Source: an uncultured delta proteobacterium (lineage in GTDB: Bacteria > Desulfobacterota > Binatia > UBA9968). From it: a stretch of DNA of 64,000 nucleotides. Both the position numbers and the translations under genes were made by a program. Location of the stretch: contig CAWFJP010000011.1 of assembly GCA_963816145.1 (NCBI GenBank), forward strand, positions 96,001-160,000, read 5' to 3'. The first letter of the stretch is position 1. Each line of letters opens with the position of its first letter. The notes beneath the pieces were generated by a model, which had not been told where the DNA came from, made no database searches, and saw only the letters and a list, made by a program, of their open reading frames with translations. This document shows, piece by piece, positions 57,190-64,000 of this stretch.

Positions 57190-57897
57190 TTACTCGTGGA
57201 TCACCCAGGTGCGCGCAACAAAGTCATGCCATCCACGTTTTTCCGCCTGCCAGAGCACCCAGAGAAAACCGAGCCCGACGGGCGCAAAGCCGACCGCAGC
57301 GAACCATCGAAGCGCCGCTTGGCGAAAGCTTGGCGGCTGACGGTCAACGCCGACGACGCGCAGGCCGAATAACCTCTTGCCGATGGTCTGGCCGTCCAGT
57401 CCATGCAGGACGATGAAGTAGGCGCTGGTCAATCCGAGCCAACCGATTGTGAGGATGGCGAATAGCGCCGCGACATTATCGCCGGAGATTACCAGCCCAT
57501 GGGCGCCCAGGCCGACTTTATAACCCACGTAGGCCATAGCACCCATAATTGTCGATAGCAAAGCGATGACGAACAGGTCGATGGCCAATGCGTTGGCGCG
57601 CCGGAAGAAGCCACCCCAACGAACTTCCACTACGGGAGCAACCGGCGCCATCGGTCGGTGGCTCAGCTGGGCCATTTCCTCCCTGGGTGGAAACTGCCAG
57701 TCGTCGGCCTCCGCGTTCGCGTCGGTGTCGGTGTCAGGCCCGTTCTCCTCCGCGGTTAAACTGAAGTTCTCCGGCTTCGGCACGCCGAGGAGTACCCGGC
57801 GGTGCAGCAACTTGGCGCCGCACTTGGCGCATAGTTCGTCGGCCGCGGCAACCGGGGTTTCACAGTTCTGGCATTTCAAGTTTGCTTCAGCGAACAT
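57190..57897 (-). CDS. RDD family membrane protein with N-terminal zinc ribbon
   Basis: CQNC...CAKCG; GFFRRANALAID, GQTIGK, WHDFVART. Confidence 0.88.
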   Translation of the reverse strand: MFAEANLKCQNCETPVAAADELCAKCGAKLLHRRVLLGVPKPENFSLTAEENGPDTDTDANAEADDWQFPPREEMAQLSHRPMAPVAPVVEVRWGGFFRRANALAIDLFVIALLSTIMGAMAYVGYKVGLGAHGLVISGDNVAALFAILTIGWLGLTSAYFIVLHGLDGQTIGKRLFGLRVVGVDRQPPSFRQAALRWFAAVGFAPVGLGFLWVLWQAEKRGWHDFVARTWVIHE

Positions 57898-57946
57898 TAG
57901 TACTACAGCTCATAGTTTGCGCGGCGAGGGGAATTTGTCGGAACGC

Positions 57947-58037
57947 TCACCGCGGAGGCGCCGAGGACGCAGAGAGCAGACAATTCCTGCATAAAATTTC
58001 TTCCAAACTCTGCGAACTCCGTGTCTCTGCGGTGAAA
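57947..58037. repeat. 9-mer periodic hairpin (CGCAGAG variant)
   Basis: tcaccgcggaggcgccgaggacgcagag ... ctctgcgaactccgtgtctctgcggtga. Confidence 0.8.
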
Positions 58038-58118
58038 TTTCTTTGTATTCATTGGCTGCGACTTTGCTGCGCTGGCTAACCACATGCTAAAAGGTGCGCT
58101 GCTCCAAGGCAAGCGGCG

Positions 58119-58859
58119 TCACCTCAAATCGCCCCATAGAAACTGCACTAACGACAAAGCGGCGATCGCCGCGGTCTCAGCGCGCAAAATGCGCCGGCCC
58201 AAATGCACGCTGTGAAAATCCCGCGCTAGCGCCAACTGCGCTTCAGCGCTGCTCAAGCCGCCCTCGGGACCGATGACGATGAGAATCGCCGGCGCATCGG
58301 CGTTGGCGTCGTACACCTGGCGCAGCGATTGCGCCGTCTCCTTCTCCCAGAACAATAACTTGAGCCGGCGTGAATCTGCGCCTTGCACCATCTGACCAAA
58401 CTCGCACAGCGGCAAGATCTCCGGTACCTGGGTTCGGCCGCATTGCTTGGCGGCGCTGAGCGCGATCTTGCGCCATCGTTCGCTGCGATCAGCGATTTTC
58501 TTGTCGTTGAGCTTCGGCACGGTAAAGCTCGAAGTAAACGGCAGGATCGTCGCCACGCCCAGCTCGGTCGCTTTCTCGACGACAAAGTCCATCTTCTCTC
58601 CCTTGGTAAGCCCCAGCGCCAAAGTCAGCGCCAGTGGCGATTCTCGACCGGCTTCATAAGAACGGCGAATATCAAGTTCGCCCCGCTCGCTGTGCAAATT
58701 GCTAATCACCGCCTCATGTTCCCAACCGGCGTCATCGAACAGGGTCACCGTATCGCCCGCGGTCAAGCGCAGCACGCGACGCAGGTGCTCCAGCTCCTGA
58801 CCGTCGAGGATCGCCTTGGTCCCTTGAATATTCTCTCTGCGGACGAAGAAACGAGCCAT
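58119..58859 (-). CDS. rsmE: 16S rRNA m3U1498 methyltransferase
   Basis: HLRRVLRL, KATELG, AAKQCGR, IGPEGG, LGRRILRAETA. Confidence 0.96.
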   Translation of the reverse strand: MARFFVRRENIQGTKAILDGQELEHLRRVLRLTAGDTVTLFDDAGWEHEAVISNLHSERGELDIRRSYEAGRESPLALTLALGLTKGEKMDFVVEKATELGVATILPFTSSFTVPKLNDKKIADRSERWRKIALSAAKQCGRTQVPEILPLCEFGQMVQGADSRRLKLLFWEKETAQSLRQVYDANADAPAILIVIGPEGGLSSAEAQLALARDFHSVHLGRRILRAETAAIAALSLVQFLWGDLR

Positions 58860-58865
58860 AAGTTT

Positions 58866-59732
58866 CTAGCGCCGGCGGAGCAACAAGGTCACCCACTCGC
58901 GTGACCGCTTGCATTTGACGACGCAAAAGCGCTGCGCGAAACAGCGCAGTACCGCAGCCGCCTTGTCGTGCAGGATACCGGATAAAATTAAATAACCGCC
59001 GGCCGCGACTCTTGGCTCGATGGCGCGGCCGAGCTCAAGAATCGTCTCCGCCGTAAGATTACCGACCACTAAGGGGAATTTACGCTTGACGCGGTTGAGC
59101 GCAGTGGTGGACAGTCGGACTTTGTCCGCGGCGCCGTTGATCAGTAAATTCTCCTGCGCTACGGCGATCGCCACCGGATCGTTGTCGATCGCCCAGACCT
59201 TCTTTGCGCCCAATTTGGCCAAAGCGATTGCCAAGATTCCCGACCCGGTACCGACATCGAGGGCGGTAAATTTCGCCCCTTGCAACAACGGCGCAACTTG
59301 TTCGATAAACTCCAAACAGCCGCGTGTCGTCGCATGGGTCCCGGTACCGAAAGCCATGCCGGGTTCGATGGTGATCACCTGGCGTGAGCGAAACTTTGGC
59401 GGCGTTAACCAGGGCGGCGTCACCCAGAACTGTTTGCCGACCCGACTGGGTTTGATAAAGCGCTTCCAAGCGTGCTGCCAGTTTTCCGGCCGGGCGATCT
59501 GCCAAGATAAACGTGGTTTGCTGCTTCGGCCTTGGAGTTTGACGACATCGAGGACGAAGCAATGAACCGCGCGCTTGAGCGCATCGTTATCGCGATGATT
59601 GGGGAAGTAAGCCTCGACCGCCCGGCGCTTCAAGACGACGCCCGGTGAGCCGCGCTCGATCAAAAAGTTGGCCACCGCGTCGAGACAGGCGGCGCTGGTA
59701 TGAACCGTCAGATGCAACCAAGATTCAATCAC
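58866..59732 (-). CDS. prmA: Ribosomal protein L11 methyltransferase
   Basis: IEPGMAFGTGTHATT, LDVGTGSGILAI, IDNDP, LILSGI. Confidence 0.95.
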   Translation of the reverse strand: MIESWLHLTVHTSAACLDAVANFLIERGSPGVVLKRRAVEAYFPNHRDNDALKRAVHCFVLDVVKLQGRSSKPRLSWQIARPENWQHAWKRFIKPSRVGKQFWVTPPWLTPPKFRSRQVITIEPGMAFGTGTHATTRGCLEFIEQVAPLLQGAKFTALDVGTGSGILAIALAKLGAKKVWAIDNDPVAIAVAQENLLINGAADKVRLSTTALNRVKRKFPLVVGNLTAETILELGRAIEPRVAAGGYLILSGILHDKAAAVLRCFAQRFCVVKCKRSREWVTLLLRRR

Positions 59733-59837
59733 GGTTTTTTATGCCACAGCGATGTCAGTGGATCAATTGATCGGTCGGTAACTCGGTAATGTCGCGGCCC
59801 AGTGGTTGATTGAACAAAAGCCGTATCGGTTCGGACG

Positions 59838-60060
59838 ATCCTCCTTTAGAAAAGGGGGGCAAGGGGGGATTTTCTTGCGCGCACTCACTTCAAATCCCCC
59901 CTCGGTCCCTTTTTTTCTAAGGGGGAGGCTCTGAGTTTTTTAGTAAACGTATGTCTAGTCCAGGACACTAGATGTCATTTCGAGCCGAGCGAGAAATCTC
60001 GTCCAAACCAATTCTTTCTTGTGCTTCGATCTTTGCGGCCTTGGCGCCTTTGCGGCAGAT
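59838..60060. repeat. Cluster of REP-like palindromes and repeat fragments
   Basis: ctcctttagaaaaggggggcaaggggggattt...aaatccccc...ttttctaagggggag inverted pair; ctagtccaggacactag; tgtcatttcgag...gagaaatctc; 9-mer half-hairpin ctttgcggccttggcgcctttgcg. Confidence 0.7.
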
Positions 60061-60163
60061 ACTCCGAGTTCCGGGTGCAACGCTGCCGCGCATTTAGCAT
60101 CGCCATCTTGTCAAAATCGCCGCTTCCAGATATTGAAATGAGTCACACCGAAAGGAATTGCCG

Positions 60164-61036
60164 ATGAAATTCGCCACGACGAAATCGGATGGTCTCGCCA
60201 TCGTCCAGAATGACACACTGATCCCCATAACCGGCGTGCTCGCCAAGGGTTCAACCATGATCGATTTGATCGCCCAATACGAGCAAATCAAAGGCCGCTT
60301 GGCCGACCTCGCCGCCCGGGGAGGCGGCAGCAGGCTCGACAGCAAGCTGCTCAGCGCGCCGGTCGAACGGCCGTCGAAGATCTGGGCCGCCGCGGGAAAC
60401 TACAAGCGCGGCACCGGCGGACTCGATGACGCTCGCGGCCGCGGCACGGCGTCCAAGACCTCGCCGGACGAGCTTTTGGAAAATATCTTCTTAAAGCCGC
60501 CCTCAGCCATCGCCGGCCCCGAGGACAACATCATCATTCCGAAAAATGCCGACTCTGTCTTTCCCGAGTTAGAGCTTTGTGTGGTCATCGGCAAGAAAGT
60601 CCGTAATTTGACCAAAGCGCAAGCGCTGGATGCGGTGTTCGGCTACACCATCATGCTCGACGTCACCGCCCGTGGCTACGGCTTGAGCAAAAATATGTCG
60701 GGCACGCGCAGTGTCCGCAAAGGTTTTGAAACCTTCGCCCCCATTGGCCCATGGATCACGACCAAGGACGACATCCCCGATCCGCATAACCTGTGGATGA
60801 AACTGTGGATCAACGGGGAACTCAAGCAATCGGCCAAGACCGACGCCATGATCAACGACATTACGACCCAAATCAGCTTTCTGTCCGAGGTGACGACCCT
60901 CTATCCCGGTGATCTCCTCACCACCGGCAACCCGGACTCGCCGGAGTTTCAGGAAAAACTCAAACCCGGCGATGTCTTGAAATCGGAGATCGAAGCCATC
61001 GGCGCCATGACTCAAGGCGTCGCCAAAGAAAGTTAG
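60164..61036 (+). CDS. Fumarylacetoacetate hydrolase family protein
   Basis: PSKI, FLKP, ELELCVVIGK, DVTAR, KGFETFAPIGPW, TLYPGDLLTTG. Confidence 0.92.
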   Translation: MKFATTKSDGLAIVQNDTLIPITGVLAKGSTMIDLIAQYEQIKGRLADLAARGGGSRLDSKLLSAPVERPSKIWAAAGNYKRGTGGLDDARGRGTASKTSPDELLENIFLKPPSAIAGPEDNIIIPKNADSVFPELELCVVIGKKVRNLTKAQALDAVFGYTIMLDVTARGYGLSKNMSGTRSVRKGFETFAPIGPWITTKDDIPDPHNLWMKLWINGELKQSAKTDAMINDITTQISFLSEVTTLYPGDLLTTGNPDSPEFQEKLKPGDVLKSEIEAIGAMTQGVAKES

Positions 61037-61058
61037 TCAAATCGCGGATTCAAAAATA

Positions 61059-62382
61059 ATGATTCGTATCGCACCCTTTCGAGCCCTGTGCTACAGCCGG
61101 AAAAAAATCAAAGACTTGAGCAAGGTAATCGCGCCGCCCTATGACGTGATCTCCAAGGACGAACAAGACAAGCTTTACAAGAAGTCGGCCTATAATTTCG
61201 TCCGTCTCGATCTCAGTCAAGACCCCGACTCGTACAATGCGGTCGCCCAGTTGCTCGGCGAGTGGCAGAACCAAGGTGTCCTTGAACGCGATGAAACACC
61301 CGCGATCTATTTCTCCTCGCACAGTTTCAAGCTCAAAAGCGACGAGCAGAAGGTCCGGCTGGGATTTTTCGCCCTGACCGAACTGCAAGATTTTTCCACC
61401 GGCGCGATCAGGCCCCACGAAAAAACCCTCGACGCGCCGAAAGAAGACCGGCTGAAGCTCATGCTCGCTTGCCATGCCCAGTTGAGCCCAATCTTCGTTC
61501 TCTACGCCCAACCGAAACAGACGGTTCAATAGAATTCTCAGCGTCGCCGTCGAGGGCATGGCGCCTTTTATCGAAACCGAGCTGGACAGCGGCGACGAAC
61601 TCAAACTATGGCGTGTCAGCGACCCTGCGGTGATCGCAAAAGTCCAGGCGGAAATGGCCGAGCAGACATTGCTGATCGCCGACGGCCACCATCGTTACGA
61701 GGCCACCCTGCGCTACCGCGACCAGCTGCGCAGCGAGCACGGACCTGGCACCGGTAATGAAGCGTATAACTTTATCTTGACCTATTTCGCCAACATCGAC
61801 GACGACAATGTCGTCATCCTGCCGACCCATCGGCTGGTGCGCGGCTTCACCCACAAACCGTTTTTGGAATTGGAAGAAGCGCTGCAAACCTATTTTTACC
61901 TCGAACAGCACCCGAAAACCCCGGAAGGCAAGAGCTCGTTTTTGAAAGCGCTCAAGAACGGTGCCAAGAAGCATCGCGTCATCGGCGCCAGCTTCAAGCG
62001 CGATCCGCGCTATTTGATCCTACGGCTGAAAAACAAGCGCATCATGCAACGGCTGGCCAAAGACTTGAGCGCACCGCTCAGAGAACTCGACGTCAGCACG
62101 CTGCATTTGTTGATCTTGGAGCATATCCTCGGCATGTCGCCGGCGGAGCAAGTGGGCGGAACCACTATCCGCTACTCGCAGGATGATGAGCTGGTCTTGC
62201 AGGCGCTTGAGAAAGAAGACTATCAAGCCGCGTTCATTCTTGCCGCGACCAAGAAAGATGAGATTCAAGCCATCGTCGCCGCCAACGAAAAAATGCCGCA
62301 GAAGTCCACCTACTTTTATCCCAAGCTCAGTTCGGGACTGATCGTCAATAAGATTGATGTCAATGAGCAGATCCCAACTTAA
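61059..62382 (+). pseudogene. DUF1015 family gene split by a 1-nt frameshift near 61526 (pseudogene or sequencing error)
   Basis: 5' part has IAPFRA, APPYDVI, PHEKT; 3' part has IADGHHRYE, PTHR, MPQKSTYFYPK. Removing one base in acggttcaataga restores a single ORF (QTVNRILSVAVEGMAPF). Confidence 0.8.
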
Positions 62383-62454
62383 ACCAGCACGGCCTAAATA
62401 CTAGCGGACTATAAATCGCATCGTGGCGGTCGCCCTTAGCCACCTGAAGGGCTC

Positions 62455-62550
62455 CTACACTGTAAACGGATCGAGTGTTATCGAACAGAGCATCGCTAGA
62501 ACGCTTTCGCCAACGAGGTTAAGAGTTTGCAGAGTTTGTTGGTTAAGCAT
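62455..62550 (-). pseudogene. istB: Collapsed istB remnant
   Basis: AAAGGA RBS, then MLNQQTLQTL (IstB-like N-terminus) joined to NLVGESV (resembles the IstB C-terminal LxGES); no Walker A/B. Confidence 0.55.
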
Positions 62551-62679
62551 CGGAGATTTTCCTTTCACGTTTTGGTTATCGTTACACTGGGGATGGTCTA
62601 CCCCTTACCCCCATGGCGTGCGTGCGTTAATGAGGCTTTAAGCGCGTCGTTTTTTTCTACGGTCCGGTAATTTCACTGG

Positions 62680-64000
62680 TCAGTGGTAATACTGGCCGCC
62701 GCGGATGTTGTCGTGGGTGGGCAGTGTTGCGGTCGAAGATTCTTTTTCTTCCAAGCGATCCAGGCCGTTCTCCAGGATTTTGCGCAGCGCTTTGAGCGAG
62801 AGATTGGAGTAACGCAGCGCCCGAGCGGCGGCGTTTTCCAGACGCTGCCCAGGATAATGTTTCTCCAGATTCAAAATCCCCAGACAAGACCGATAACCTT
62901 GTTCGGGGTGAGCGCGGCTGTCGATGATGGTTTGAACGAGTCGAGCCGTATGGGGACCGGTCTTTTCGGCCCAGCGGATGAAGCGGTCAGGACTCCATTC
63001 AGAATATTTGCGATGGGCCGGCGGCATATGCTCTTTGAGGGTGGTGTGCCGATGGGGCAGATAGCTTCGGACATGGCAGGCCACCCGCTGTCCCTTTCGC
63101 AAGACCTCCACGGTGTGAGCGGTAAACCGGACGTGGAGCTTTTGCCCTCTCAGTTCATAGGGCACGCTGTAGTAGTGATCGTCGACATCGATATGATAAT
63201 CGATGTGGACGGTGGCGATCTTCCACTCGGCGTATTCGTAGGATTTCTGCACCAGGGACAAAGCGTTGGGCTGATCGAAGAGTAAGAACAGCTCGCGGCG
63301 CGATTGCTTGAGCTTGCGCAGGGTTCGATTATTTAAACGCTCCAGCAAATCACTAATGGCTGTATTGAGATCGGCCAGGGTGTAGAACTTGCGGTGGCGT
63401 AAGACCGATAGGATCCAGCGCTTGGCAATGAGCACCCCGTTCTCGACCTTAGCCTTGTCTTTAGGGCGCGCCGGCCGGGCTGGGATAACGCAGATGCCAT
63501 AGTGAGAGGCCATGTCGGCGTAGGTCGGATTGATGTCGGGCTCGTAGCGGCAGGCGCGGCTAACCGCGCTCTTCAGACAATCGGGGACCACGACTTTGGG
63601 AGCGCAGCCGAAGTACTCGAAGGCTCGAACATGGGAGCCGATCCAGTCAGGTAGTTGCTGGGTCAGACTGGCTTCGGCAAACGTGTAAGTGGACGCGCCC
63701 CAGACCGCGACAAACATCTCGGTCTTGATCGGATCGCCGCTCTGCGGGTCGATCAACGAGAGCCCTTCGCCGTAATCGACAAACAGTTTCTCGCCGCCCT
63801 TGTGGTCTTGGCGCATCGAATAATCGAGCTTGGAGCGGTAGGCGCGATAGAGCTGGCAGAACTGCGAGTACTGATAACCGTCAGCCTGTTGTTCCCGATA
63901 CTCGCGCCAGAGCTGATCGAGGGTGAGATTGAACTTCTTGTGGGTCTTTAGCTCGCGGTAGATGTAATCGAAATCTGGCAGTGTTTTGGCCGGCGCTTCG
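62680..64000 (-). mobile_element. istA: IS21 family transposase IstA (IS408-like); 5' end beyond the window
   Basis: Frame is open to the window edge (LWREY...GYQYSQFC...SMRQDH); FVDY, VPDCLK, PKDKAKVE, HYYSVP, HDNIRGGQYYH. Confidence 0.95.

Noticed and set aside
61530-61532. Amber readthrough (pyrrolysine) in DUF1015
   Set aside because: The downstream half is in a different frame, so readthrough would not restore the protein
661-63951. Numerous antisense and alternate-frame ORFs in the supplied track
   Set aside because: They overlap well-supported genes and are the shadow ORFs expected in GC-rich DNA

Overview
GC-rich bacterial chromosome segment. Gene content suggests a Binatia/deltaproteobacterial-type genome (inference): many NMT1/SsuA-type solute-binding proteins, amidohydrolases, VOC proteins, divergent M24 proteins and UbiD enzymes. 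In order along the window: an MdtABC/TolC-like RND efflux operon; a large putative aromatic/N-heterocycle catabolic region (three-subunit molybdenum hydroxylase interrupted by a DUF2281/PemK toxin-antitoxin pair, two divergent UbiD decarboxylases, an LLM oxidoreductase, two ABC importers, a DUF1989 protein); housekeeping genes (fabI, PduO-type adenosyltransferase, lnt, nth); a flavin reductase-SBP-VOC-M24-VOC-M24 run; an asnB-like amidotransferase; a LigB/LigA dioxygenase operon; a sigma54-type promoter followed by four small ORFs, the first a 49-aa protein missing from the ORF track with a classical C2H2 zinc finger; an AT-richer block with a stand-alone NRPS A-PCP didomain ending at tRNA-Phe; gshB, rsmE, prmA; a frameshifted DUF1015 gene; and an IS21 element with a collapsed istB. 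Intergenic DNA is dense with 7-9-mer periodic hairpins, REP-like palindromes and a 130-bp MITE-like element. No CRISPR array or rRNA was seen. All calls rest on reading motifs by eye, with no database searches.
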